Source: Leucoraja erinacea (Eukaryota). Taken from it: DNA of 64,000 bases. Under the pieces are notes generated by a model. That model saw only the letters and a program-made list of their open reading frames with translations. It was not told where the DNA came from and ran no database searches. The DNA lies in contig NC_073385.1 in NCBI RefSeq assembly GCF_028641065.1, positions 21,452,001-21,516,000 of the forward strand. Direction: 5' to 3'. Shown piece after piece: positions 1-11,435 of this stretch (position 1 is its first letter; each line of letters begins with the position of its first letter). A program made the translations under genes and the position numbers.

Positions 1-424
1 CACCGCCATTTAATATGATCATGGCTGATCATCCAACTCAGTATCCCGTACCTGCCTTCTCTCCATACCCTCTGATCCCCTTGGCCACAAGGGCCACATC
101 TAACTCCCTCTTAAATATAGCCAATGAACTGGCCTCAACTACCCTCTGTGGCAGAGAGTTCCAGAGATTCACCACTCTGTGTGTGAAAAAAGTTCTCCTC
201 GTCTCGGTTTTAAAGGATTTCCCCCTTATCCTTAAGCTGTGACCCCTTGTCCTGGACTTCCCCAACATCGGGAACAATCTACCTGCATCTAGCCTGTCCA
301 ACCCCTTAAGAATTTTGTAAGTTTCTATAAGATCCCCTCTCAATCTCCTAAATTCTAGAGAGTATAAACCAAGTCTATCCAGTCTTTCTTCATAAGACAG
401 TCCTGACATCCCAGGAATCAGTCT
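1..424 (-). mobile_element. CR1-clade LINE 3' fragment (ORF2 C-terminus + 3' UTR)
   Basis: ORF 38..436(-) RLIPGMSGLSYEERLDRLGLYSLEFRRLRGDLIETYKIL...[14 protein letters not shown] is a typical CR1 ORF2 end; near-identical to the copies at 48540-49028 and 50810-51297. Confidence 0.93.
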
Positions 425-2475
425 AAAGACCATCATTTCATATCCACAGCAATATTTCTATTTAGAAACCAAAATACACGTTTTATTTATGTCTCTAAAA
501 CAAATTGCCTGACATCCAAAGTTGTTGGCTGTCTTTTCTTTTCTTCCCTTTATATTTGTGCAACGACTGCCATTTTCCTGCATTTTCAACCTTTGAGAGA
601 CCTGTTTTTACTTCTGCTAACTTTCTTTTAAAATATCTGCAGAAGCTTTTACGTTTTGATGCCTCTTTCCAGTTCACTCCAATATTCTATTTTCTCTCTA
701 TCAATAATTACCGTAGGTATTCTAATTACTAAACTCTAAAATTCTCCTGACCCTGTAGTTTATTATTGATTTTGATAAAACATTAAACATCTTTACCTTT
801 AAACTAAATAAAGGATAGGCTATAAGAAAATTACTGTGCCAATTGCACTGATAGAAATTAACATGCACTGAAACAGAATCCAGTATTTATTACGTAGAGA
901 GACTCCAACAGTTCAAACTCAGGGCCCTAATCAGAATTGTGCAATGCTTCAAACATGGTTTATTTTTGAAACAAAATCAATAATTTTCTCAGCAATCCAA
1001 AATGAATCATGTCAATCCCTTAGGGAGTAGGCAGAGAAATAGGGAATATGCTGCAACATATGAGTGGATAATTACTCAAAACTTGCTCACTTAATTAAAA
1101 ACAATAATTAGCATTTCAAATTGAAAAATAATTGGATTGTCGTCATCTACAGTAATACCACATGCCATGGATTAAATTGTATTTAGCAAGGCACATAATA
1201 GAACTAATTGTACAGCAAGTGATACTCATCAGTGACAAGGGGGCATTACAATGGAGTTCGTATGATACAGTAAATGACACCAGCAACACAAACCTTCTCA
1301 TTAACTTGGCTCTTGACTGACCTCATTTCTGCTGGGGGTTTTTTTCACCATGCAATTATGATTATTTTAATTCCACACCTCCAGTATCTTTGTTTATCCT
1401 CTGGATGTGAGGGGCTGGAGACGGGAAGAGGCCATGTAGTGATAGTGTTTATCTTGTGAGCAGGTGGGCTGGATGAGTGATTGTGGTGGAAACTTAAATC
1501 TCCCAATGAAACCGGTTAGAACGTGGAACATAGAAAAGTACAGCACAGGAACAAGCCCTTCAGCCCATAATGATCGTGCCAAACATGAGATCAATTCAAA
1601 TTAATCTCATCTGCCTGAACGTGATCATGGATATGCAGGGAATGGAGGGATATGGGTCATTTGCAGGCAGATGAGATTGGTTTATATTGGCATCATGTTT
1701 GGCAATGACATAATGAGTCAAATGGCCTGTTCCTGTGCTGTACTTTTCTATGTTCGATGCAAGAGGATCACTGAAATAGTTTCATCTCCATTGAAGTTAA
1801 TGCTCATGATCATATTGAATGGCGGTGCAGGCTAAGGGCTGTGTCTATGTTTCTATGTAACTGTGTCATGTTCCAAATCAATTCCTGTTTCTTTACTTAT
1901 TCACGCTCTTGACATTCAATCTAGTAGTGCTTCTCAATAGCAGTGCTAGGACTGTGAAGAATATGTCATAGGATAAGTGGAATCTATTCTGTTAAATCAA
2001 ATATTGTTTTTCCTTTTCTGGCTTGGAATTAAAATCTAGAACCTTTGCTGCATTAGAGAACATTAAAGGGTTGAGTAGAGTTCAAGTGTGGTTCCATTAT
2101 TGAATTTTCTTAATTTCTATGAATCCCAAATATCAACATCAGTTTTGTTTTACTTAACTGTTAAATGATGGGAATCAAACCAACTTTTTTTTAAATTAAT
2201 TCTTTATTTCGAACAGAATAAAAAATATAAAGCAAGTATGAAACAGCATACAAAAAAACAAAAAAACAAAACAAGAATATTTATAAAGTGTCATAAACAA
2301 TATCTATAAATAAATTAAATTGTATGTGTCCGAAAAGGAGCAGGAAGAAGCCAAAGCTTATTAATTCCCACCCCGTATTCAACTGCTTATAATTATCTTA
2401 TACAAATTTAGCAGCAATAAACACCTATTTCCATATGTACACCAAATTATTTACATTTATACACTAATCAAATAT

Positions 2476-2607
2476 NNNNNNNNNNNNNNNNNNNNNNNNN
2501 NNNNNNNNNNNNNNNNNNNNNNNNNNNNNNNNNNNNNNNNNNNNNNNNNNNNNNNNNNNNNNNNNNNNNNNNNNNNNNNNNNNNNNNNNNNNNNNNNNNN
2601 NNNNNNN
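2476..2607. other. Assembly gap (run of N)
   Basis: 132 consecutive n. Confidence 0.99.
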
Positions 2608-2929
2608 ATACAGTATCTCTTAGTCATTTATACAACCCATCACCCTATAATCAATCACCCTTCCCAATACAATCAGTATAACAAATATCCCACTCAAAAT
2701 CACCTATGCTCATCTCAATATCCTTTAAAAAAAAGCCCGCTGAGTCGCTTCAGCACTTTTGAAAATTTCCGTTATATTTTTTATTTTTGTACTTTGTGAA
2801 AGACTATTATCCTAATTTTAATTATTTAAAAATAATCAATGCTTCACAAGTGCAGATTTCTGGAAATATTTTAAGCGATCCACTTTAGGTACATAAATTA
2901 ATTATTTTTTTCTCTGGCTCTTGCTCCAG

Positions 2930-3874
2930 GTTATTTTTCGAAAGATCATTGATGTGAAGAAAGAGGAAGAAGAGAGGATGCGGCTGAAGAACGAGGTGAC
3001 ACTCACTATCCCCGTGGACCATCCTGTCAGGAAGCTCTTCCAGAAGTTCAAGCAGCAAAAGGAATTGCGCAATCAGGCTGCGGAGCGCAGCAGCTCAGAC
3101 AGATGCCACTTCAAAGCAGACAACCACTCGTTTCACAATGGTGTCTCTACCACAGGCACGAGTGTGGTCACTGTGTCTCAGATTACACCAATAGCATCTT
3201 CCCTTTCCTTCGTGAGAAATAATGAGCAAAAGCTGCAGATACAGCGGGAGTCCGTGGAGCTGAAAACAAAAGGTTTGTCAGATGAGATGTGCTCTAGGGT
3301 TACAAGCCCCACACAGGCCAAGGCTGGCAATGGGAGGGGATGGCTAAGACTTAAGAATTCCGTCGCCTTCACAGACCCCTTCCCTGGATCCAGGGAGGAG
3401 AAGGAACAGAACTGGAACAATGTCATCAAAGCTGAATCCATGGAGATTCTGTCAGAGGAATCAAAAGGTACGGATTCTGAGAACAATGTTATAAAGAATC
3501 CTTTGAGGAAAACAGACTCGTGTGACAGTGGCATTACGAAAAGTGACCTGAGGTTAGACAAGGCCGGAGAGATTCGTAGCCCAATTGAGCATAGCCCGGT
3601 TCAAGCTGATGTGAGGCACCCCTTCTACCCGATCCCTGAGCAGGCTTTGCAGACCACGCTGCAAGAAGCAAAGATGGAACTGAAAGAAGACATTCAGTTG
3701 CTATGCAACAGAATGATTGGCCTTGAGAAACAAGTGACGGAAATTCTTCAAATACTGTCTGAAAAGAATCTGCCAGAAATGCCCTCTGAGAAGTCTCAAC
3801 ACACAAGTCAGGAAATATTACCTGTTTCTAAGCCTCCAGCTCCGTCGTTGGAAGAAGGAGATGTTCAGTCTTAG
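2930..3874 (+). CDS. KCNH5: Last coding exon of voltage-gated K+ channel KCNH5 (EAG2/Kv10.2), cytoplasmic C-terminus
   Basis: Polypyrimidine tract + CAG acceptor (tttttttctctggctcttgctccag|G, AG at 2928-2929). Reads [49 protein letters not shown], which is KCNH5-like rather than KCNH1 ([20 protein letters not shown]). Also [19 protein letters not shown] and the coiled coil [25 protein letters not shown]...[13 protein letters not shown]; TAG at 3872-3874. The ORF-track start at 2921 is intronic. Confidence 0.93.
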   Translation, partial: VIFRKIIDVKKEEEERMRLKNEVTLTIPVDHPVRKLFQKFKQQKELRNQAAERSSSDRCHFKADNHSFHNGVSTTGTSVVTVSQITPIASSLSFVRNNEQKLQIQRESVELKTKGLSDEMCSRVTSPTQAKAGNGRGWLRLKNSVAFTDPFPGSREEKEQNWNNVIKAESMEILSEESKGTDSENNVIKNPLRKTDSCDSGITKSDLRLDKAGEIRSPIEHSPVQADVRHPFYPIPEQALQTTLQEAKMELKEDIQLLCNRMIGLEKQVTEILQILSEKNLPEMPSEKSQHTSQEILPVSKPPAPSLEEGDVQS

Positions 3875-5210
3875 CTTGGAGACGTTGTGAAGATTTAACT
3901 TACACACAAGTTTAACCAAATGCACAAGATGACTGCTATGACAGTCTGAAGACTTTTGCATGTCCAGCTGGATTCTGGCCTGCCAAAGAAAAGTTGTTAA
4001 CAGAAATATTGCTTGTAAATTATATAGATAAATGCATGCATATATAAAACTTCGTTTACAATCCTTCACTGCATATCTTGGACCATTCCGTGCAGTGTAG
4101 TTACTCTTTTCCACTTTAGGATCCAGGGCTTGTGCAGCCAATGACTCTTTGAGCCATGGCTCTGAAAGACCCCAGGCTTGGCAACTGAAAAGGTTTTATT
4201 CTCAGTATTTCTTCCCAGTTCAGGGGCAGTTTAATGCATGCATTGTTTTTCAGGGTCATCAGAAAACAGTGCTGTTGATCCATATGTACCATGACAAGGT
4301 TTAGTTTATAGTTGAGAAATTTATAAATCAAACCAAAAACTATTTTATAAAAAAATCAATGTAATCAATTTAATGCCTTCCAAGGAGGAAAAAATATAGA
4401 TATCATATTCTATTTTAGTGGATGAGAGATAATTGAACCCATTCTGTATGCACTAGCAACACACTCTAGAAACTATTCTATTACAATGATAATTTTATAT
4501 GACCGGAGTATAGAGAAATAAAATTATTTCAGACAGGCCATACTTTTTTATTCATAACAAATAAATTCAAGGTCCCGATTAATTTTATTTTATTTTGTCT
4601 TAACTCCATTTAGGCATTCAGGAAAATGAGAGATGCATTAGTAATTTAATGCGGGAATTAAAATGGCCTGCCGCATTAATTTATAAACGTTTAAGATTGC
4701 ACTTAAGATCTTTTTCCAAGGTTTACCGATGAGTAAATAAACTAGTAGTGGATGAGTTATTATACATATGTAAGTATGCAGGTTGAACATGAATTGGAGA
4801 GCCAGTTAGTGCTTGTAGCTGTCAACAACATGCAAGACTGCAAAAGGAGAGAGAAATATATTTTACTCGGCTGCATTTCTATTGATGTTTGCAAGATTGT
4901 CCCAGTAAATTCAGTTTATTAGATTTTTTATATTAGAATTAGGTGTTTGTAGAAAACCTTTCTGAAGTTTTGCTTCTACTTTTCATAATTCTTCACAAGC
5001 TCCATAAGCTGCTGATCACGGAAATCACTTGTTCCTTCCATTTGACTTATCCAGTTGTGTTAAATCTCGGAAAAAAACTTCTCCTCGAAGGGTTTGCTGC
5101 TACAAAAGAAAATCCCAGCATTTACCCAATTCCTAAAAGATGACATCCTCACAATCCAATCATTACAAAATTGTTACGCCCCAGGTGAAGACCATGCACC
5201 CTCTCAATGC
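3875..5210 (+). other. Proximal 3' UTR of KCNH5 (extent uncertain)
   Basis: Repeat-free AT-rich sequence directly after the stop; AATAAA at 4517, 4560 and 4736. Confidence 0.6.
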
Positions 5211-5215
5211 AAAAT

Positions 5216-6415
5216 AGACAATAGACAATAGGTGCAGGAGTAGGCCATTCAGCTCTTCGAGCCAGCACCGCCATTCAATGTGATCATGGCTGATCATCCC
5301 CATTCAGTACCCTATTCCTGCCTTCTCCCTATATCCCCAGACTCCACTATCTTTAAGAGCCCTATCTAGCTCTCTCTTGAAAGTATCCAGAGAACCGGCC
5401 TCCACCGCCCTAAGGTAGAGAATTCCACAGATTCACAACTCTCTGTGTGAAAACGTGTTTCCTCATCTCTGTTCCAAATGGATTACTCCTTATTCTTAAA
5501 CTGTGGCCCCTGGTTCTAGACTCCCCCAACATCGGGAACATGTTTCCTGCCTCTAGATGTCCAAACCCTTAATAATCTTATATGTTTCAATAAGATCCCC
5601 TCTCAGCCTGCTAAACTCCAGAGTATACAAGCCCAGCTGCTCCATTCTCTCAGCGTATGACAGTCCCGCCATCCCGGGAATTAATCTTGTAAACCTACGC
5701 CGCACTCCCTCAATAGCAATAATGTCCTTCCTCAAATTAGGGGGCCAAAACTGCACACAATAGTCCAGTTGTGGTCTCGCTAGGGCTCTATACAACTGCA
5801 GAAGGACCTCTTTGCTCCTATACTCAACTCCTCTTGTTACGAAGGCCAACATGTCATTCGCTTTCTTCACTGCCTGTGTCATCTGCAAATTTGCTAATGT
5901 TACTTTGTCATCTAAATCATTGATGTATATTGTAAACAGCTGCGGTCCCAGCACCGAGCCTTGCGGTACCCCACTAGTAACTGCCTGCCATTCTGAAAGG
6001 GACCCATTAACCCCTACTCTTTGTTTCCTGTCTGCCAACCAATATCCATGTCAGCACTCTACCCCCAATGCCATGTGCCCTAATTTTAGCCACTAATTTC
6101 CTATATGGGACCTTATCAAATGCTTTCCGAAAGTCCACGTACACTACATCCACTGGCTGTCCCTTGTTCATTTTCCTAGTTACATCCTCAAAAGAATCTG
6201 GGGATTTATCAATCTTCAGTCCCATCAGTCTACCCAACACCATTTCCTGCCTAATGTGGATTTCCTTCAGTTCCTCCACCCCAGATCCTCTGGTCACTAG
6301 TACATCAGGAAGATTATTTGTGTGGCCCTTAGTGAAGACGGATCCAAAGTACCTGTTCAACTCATCTGCCATTTGCTTGTTCCCCATAAACAATTCACCT
6401 TTTTCAGTCTTCAAG
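5216..6415 (-). mobile_element. CR1 LINE, internally deleted RT + 3' end with (CTATTGT)n tail
   Basis: ORFs 5553..6038(-) SGVPQGSVLGPQLFTIYINDLD and 6007..6465(-) VDVVYVDFRKAFDKVP; tail seen as tagacaatagacaatagg. Confidence 0.92.
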
Positions 6416-6799
6416 GGTCTATCAAGACTATGCCACAGTTTGTAGAGCAAGCCAGTCAATCGCATTGCCTTGCTTTTTCTTCGCAGTATGGAAAACTATT
6501 ACTTTCAATTCAATCTTCTTTTTTAAGCCACATTTGTCTCTGCATCTACCAACATTTCAGGAATATTGCTGGATCATTATTACTGGCCACATTATAAAGG
6601 GTTTTCTGTGCTTCAAGCTTTTGCCAATCTTTTTAGACACGTGCCCTTTGTAACTGATCCCTCATTTGGTCCACCAAGTCCGCGCAGATCAACCGTTCAC
6701 ACTTGTTCTATTCTACACACTAGAGACAATCTACAGAAGGCAATTAACCGACTAACCTGCCCGCCTTTGGAATGAGTGAGGAAACCGGAGGATACCCAC

Positions 6800-7262
6800 G
6801 CAGACAGGTTTATAATGGACGTGAGTCGATAGTCTATCTCCTGTGATGGAGATAGTGAGATCAAGAAAGGGAGGAAGGTGATGGAGATGATCCAAGTGAA
6901 TTTGAGTGCAGAATGGAAGTTGGTGGTGAAGTTAATGAGGTCCATGAGTTCTGCATGGGTGCAGGTGGTAGCACCGATGCATTTGTCAACGTAATGGAGA
7001 TAGAGTTCGGGGATAGGGCCAGTGTACGCCTGGGACAGAGATTGGTCAACATACTCTACAATGAGGCAGGCATTGCTGGGTCCCATGCGAATGCCCATAT
7101 CTACTACTTTGATTTGGAGGAAGTGGGAGGAGTCGAAGGAGATGTTGGTAGAGGGAAATTGGCTGGTTCCGTGACCGAGGAAAAAACAGAGGGCTTTAAG
7201 GCCTTCCTGGAGGGGGATGGAGGTGTAGATTGTCTTAACGTCCATAGTAAAGACTTCTTGCT
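6800..7262 (-). mobile_element. Penelope-like element RT fragment (decayed)
   Basis: ORF 6697..7428(-) FTMDVKTIYTSIP..EGLKAL, MGIRMGPSNACL, LYLHYVDKCIG (YIDD-equivalent), NFHSALKFTW are PLE RT motifs. Confidence 0.85.
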
Positions 7263-7851
7263 TGCAGCAGCACAACAGATATGTAAACATAGTAAAAATA
7301 TGTAATCCCATTAAGGTTCTATCTGCGATTTCTTTGACATTATATCGAACACAAAATTGGAAGTCCATTTTCTGCGTATTCAGAAGCATATTAACTTCCT
7401 GGCAGAAATTGGCATTAGAGAAAAGCAAGAACTAAAGGACAATGTTACAGAAAATTTGCAAGCTTAATTTATTTTCTCTTCAAAATACATATTTTGTTAG
7501 TTAGCATGAAGTCATTGGCAATTTTTAACTACCTTACCATTGACACAGATCAAATTTACACAAGATTGTCTTTGCCTGTAAACTAACCATTAAGAGACAC
7601 CGTCTTTTTGAACCAGATAAGATTCTGAAGGGATATGACAGAATGATGCTGAAATAGAAATAGAGAGTATTTGGGTGACCCTAATCCTGAGACTGGGTTA
7701 ATCATGGATTTTTGGCGGTCTCTACCCAGATAAATATGAATGTTGTGAGATTGTGGATATTTGTGGCCGGGATGCATGGTGGGGGATCAAGGGTGTTGGG
7801 GAAGAGGAAAGAAGATGGAGTTGAGGCCAAAATCACATAAACCTTAATCTT

Positions 7852-8023
7852 GAGTAGGAAGGGCTCGCAGATGCTGATTTAAACTGGTTAGACACAACAT
7901 GCTGGAGTAACTCAGCGGGACAGGCAGCATCTCTGGAGATAAGGAATGGGTGACATTTCGGGTTAAGACATTTCTTCAGTCTGAGATATTGCCTGTCCCG
8001 CTGAGTTGCCCCAGCATTTTGAG
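7852..8023. mobile_element. Fold-back Penelope-terminus element with 14-bp TSD
   Basis: Arms atgctggagtaactcagcgggacaggcagcatctc / gagatattgcctgtcccgctgagttgccccagcat; flanking direct repeat taaaccttaatctt at 7838-7851 and 8024-8037. Confidence 0.85.
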
Positions 8024-8094
8024 TAAACCTTAATCTTATTGAATCGCAGAACATGCTCAACTTTCAACTAACACCTGCTCTTAAACTCCTCTCT

Positions 8095-8370
8095 TTGAGT
8101 CATAGAGAGGCATACAACATGGAAACAGGCCCTTCAGCCCAACTTGCCCATGCTGACCAACATGCCCATGTACACTAGTCCAAACTGCCTGAGTTTGGCC
8201 CACATCCCTCTAAACCTATTGCACCCATGTTAAAACCTGTCTAAAAGTTTCTTAAACATTGCGATATTACCTGTCCCAACTATCTCCTCTGGCAGCTCGT
8301 TGCATACATCCATCATCCTTTTTGTGTAAAACAGTTACCCCTCAGGTTTCTATTAAATCTTTCCCCCCCT
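8095..8370 (-). mobile_element. Older CR1 3' end
   Basis: ggaaacaggcccttcagcccaact...gttacccctcaggtttctattaaatct matches the reverse of a CR1 3' UTR/ORF2 end. Confidence 0.75.
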
Positions 8371-8470
8371 GTTATTTTGTCATATGAAAATAATGTTTTT
8401 TAAAATATTACCCTTTTTATAAAGAAAAGGATAACTTTTTTAAATTATTGAAATCCTTTGTCTAGAAATT

Positions 8471-8779
8471 GGGGCAGCACGGTGGCGCAGCGGTAAAGTT
8501 GCTGCCTTACAGCGCTTGCAGAGCCGGAGCCCCGTGTTCGATCCCAACTATGGGTGCTGTCTCCACGGAGTCTGTGGTCGCGTGGGTCTTCTCCTAGATC
8601 TTCGGTTTCCTCCCACACTCTAAAGACGTACAGGTTTGTAGGTTAATTGGCTTGGTATAAGTGTAAGTTGTCCCTGATGTGTGTAGGATAGTGTTAGTGT
8701 GCGGACATCGCTGGTCATTGTAGACTCGGTTGGCCAAAGGGCTTGTTTCTGCACTGTATATCTAAAACTAAGACTAAAT
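8471..8779 (+). mobile_element. tRNA-derived SINE (HE1/V-SINE-like), near full length
   Basis: A box ggtggcgcagcgg, B box gttcgatcc, central ggtttcctcccacactctaaagacgtacaggtttgtaggttaattgg, CR1-like 3' end with (AAACT)n-like tail. Confidence 0.85.
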
Positions 8780-9424
8780 TCATTTTTGCAGGGCAGTACT
8801 AATCATGATCTATTGTAACAATAGCCTGTGAACTCAAGGGAAACTGAATTTCAGAGGCAGGGTTCAGGGCTCTCTTATAATGATCATGCATGCTTAATGA
8901 TATTGACTGTGGTTGAATTTCCAGACAAATTAGTCCTTATTTTCTCCCTTAAGTCATATTTCTGGATTGAAGGCCACACTGGCACAGATGTACTGAGACA
9001 AGTGGCCTCCTCCTGTGCTGTAAATTCCTTTCATTGCAAACCTTGATTTTTATTGAATATTTGTAATTGGATTAGAAACCACCATTCTCTGCTAAAGCTC
9101 TTAAATTCTCATTAAACTGAATTTCAAAGATGCACAGTTCAGGTTCATTATCTGATCAGAGACTCGGGTTGTCAACTTTATACATGCACAACCTTACCCA
9201 CAACAGTAGGAAATGTATTTGTTTTGATTAATATCCAGAAAAATAGGACTGCTTGTTCATTTACTAATGTAAACTTCAATTTCATTTGTCACTTTACAAA
9301 GGCATTGGATAGATTTCCAACTATATTGAAAACAACCTATTGATGTCTTAGGCATAAAACTAGGGTCAATCTATTAGCATTACTTAAAAGTTGGTTGGAA
9401 CCAAATGGATTTAAAATATTTGCG

Positions 9425-9715
9425 ACCTCATCTACTGCCTCATAGTTCTCGGTGAGGAAACCTATTTATCGGCGAGACCAAGCACAGACTGGGCGATCCT
9501 TTCACTGAACACCTGCGCTCAGTCCTCCTTGCCCCACGCATTCTCCCGGTTGCCAAACATTTTAACTCCCCTTCCCATTCCTACACTGGTCTTTCTATCC
9601 TGAGCCTCCTCCACTGTCAGAGTGAGACCACACGCAAATTGGAGGAACAACACCTCATATATTGCTTGGGTGTTTACAACTCAACAGTATTGATTTCTCT
9701 AATTTCAAATATCCT
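9425..9715 (+). mobile_element. Penelope-like GIY-YIG endonuclease fragment
   Basis: ctcatctactgc...tttatcggcgagaccaagcacagactgggcgat (IGETKHRLGD), same sequence family as 10440-10720. Confidence 0.8.
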
Positions 9716-9909
9716 TGTAAGAGATAAAAAATACTTGAGAGCACAGAGTAACTTGAAGTAATTTTACTTATTTGATGAAGCAAATATTTTTCTGGCTGTC
9801 CCATCAGTGCAGACGCCCAGTAGGTCTGTTAACTAAACAGTAAATGGTGTTACCATCTCGTATTAGATTATGGAAATTACTTTTGAACAGTGAAAAAAAG
9901 AAAAAGATG

Positions 9910-11435
9910 ACTGCTTCCTGTAAGGACTCTATCCCCTACTCCCAATTCCTCCGTCTGCACCGCATCTGCACCCAGGATGAAGTGTTCCAAACCAGGGCAT
10001 CGGAGATGTCTTCATTCTTTAGTAAACAGGGGTTCCCCTCTTCGACTATAGATGAGGCTCTCACCAGGGTCTCTTCTATACCCCGTAGCTCCGCTCTCAC
10101 TCCCCATCCCCCCACTCATAACAAGGACAGAGTCCCCCTTGTCCTCACCTTCCACCCCACCAGCCGTCACATACAACAGATAATCCTCTGACATTTTCGC
10201 CACCTCCAACGGGATCCCATCACTAGCCACATCTTCCCATCTCCTCCCCTTTTGGCTTTCTGCGGAGACCGCTCCCTCCGTAACTCCCTGGTCAATTTGT
10301 CCCTTCTCACCCAAACCACCTCCTCCCCTGGTACTTTCCCTTGCAACCACAGGAAATGCTACACTTGTTGCTTTACCTCCCCCCTCGACTCCATCCAAGA
10401 CCCAAGCAGTCTTTCCAGGTTCACCTGTACCTCCTCCAACCTCATCTATTGTATCCTCTGCTCTAGGTGTCAACTGCTCTACATCGGTGAGACCAAGCAC
10501 AGGCTTCGCCCAACACCTCCGCACAGTCCGCAATAAACAACCTAATCTCCCAGTGGCTCAGCACTTCAACCCCCCCTCCCATTCCGTATCCGACCTTTCT
10601 GTCCTCGGCCTCCTCCATGGCCAGAGTGAGTCCCACCTCAAATTGTAGGAGCAGCACCTCATATTTCGCTTGGGTGCTTTACACCCCAGCAGTATGAACA
10701 TTGACTTCCAATTTCAGGTAGTCCTTGCTTTGTCCCTCCTTCCCCTCCCCTTCCCAGTTCTCCCACAGCCTACGGTCTCCGCCTCTTCCTTTTTTCTTGA
10801 TTCCTGATTGGTTGATTCTTGATTCAGACTGATTCCTGGGATATCAGGAATTTCATATGAAGAAAGACTGGATAGACTCGGTTTGTACTCACTAGAATTT
10901 AGAAGATTGAGGGGGGATCTTATAGAAACTTACAAAATTCTTAAGGGGTTGAACAGGCTAGATGCAGGAAGATTGTTTCCGATGTTGGGGAAGTCCAGAA
11001 CAAGGGGTCACAGTTTAAGGATAAGGGGGAAATCTTTTAGGACCGAGATGAGGAAAACATTTTTCACACAGAGAGTGGTGAATCTGGAACCCAGAAGGTA
11101 GTTGAGGCCAGTTTGTTGGCTATATTTAAGAGGGAGTTAGATGTGGCCCCTGTGGCTAAAGGGATCAGGGGGTATGGCGAGAAGGCAGGTACAGGATACT
11201 GAGTTGGATGATCAGCCATGATCATATTGAATGGCGGTGCAGGCTCGAAGGGCCGAATGGCCTACTCCTGCACCTATTTTCTATGTTACTTCCCGCCCCC
11301 ACACATCCACATCAGTCTGAAGAAGGGTTTCCACCCTATTCCATTGCTCCATAGATGCTGCCTCACCCGTTGAGTTTCTCCAGTATTTTTGTCTACCTTC
11401 GCTTTTTCCAGCATCTGCAGTTCTTTCTTAAACAT
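9910..11435 (+). mobile_element. Penelope-like element 3' part (thumb, GIY-YIG, 3' terminal region), interrupted by a CR1
   Basis: SIPYSQFLRLHRICT; CTSSNLIYCILCSRCQLLYIGETKHRL (GIY-YIG); terminal region cagtctgaagaagggtt...gatgctgcc...cagcatctgcagttc. Confidence 0.9.
10826..11287 (+). mobile_element. CR1 3' fragment nested in Penelope
   Basis: ORF 10883..11101 YSLEFRRLRGDLIETYKIL; 3' UTR ggctcgaagggccgaatggcctactcctgcacc + ctatgtt. Confidence 0.92.

Noticed and set aside
2180-2730. A-rich sequence around the gap, possibly an antisense L1/Tx1 3' end
   Set aside because: No coding evidence and interrupted by Ns, so it cannot be supported
2921-2929. ORF-track start 'MLQ' for the 317-aa ORF
   Set aside because: It is a TTG inside the splice acceptor; the ORF is a terminal exon beginning at 2930, not a standalone gene
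3178-4141. Antisense ORFs overlapping the KCNH5 exon
   Set aside because: Shadow frames with no recognisable protein features
8471-8550. tRNA-like A and B boxes
   Set aside because: SINE head continuing into the V-SINE body; no complete cloverleaf
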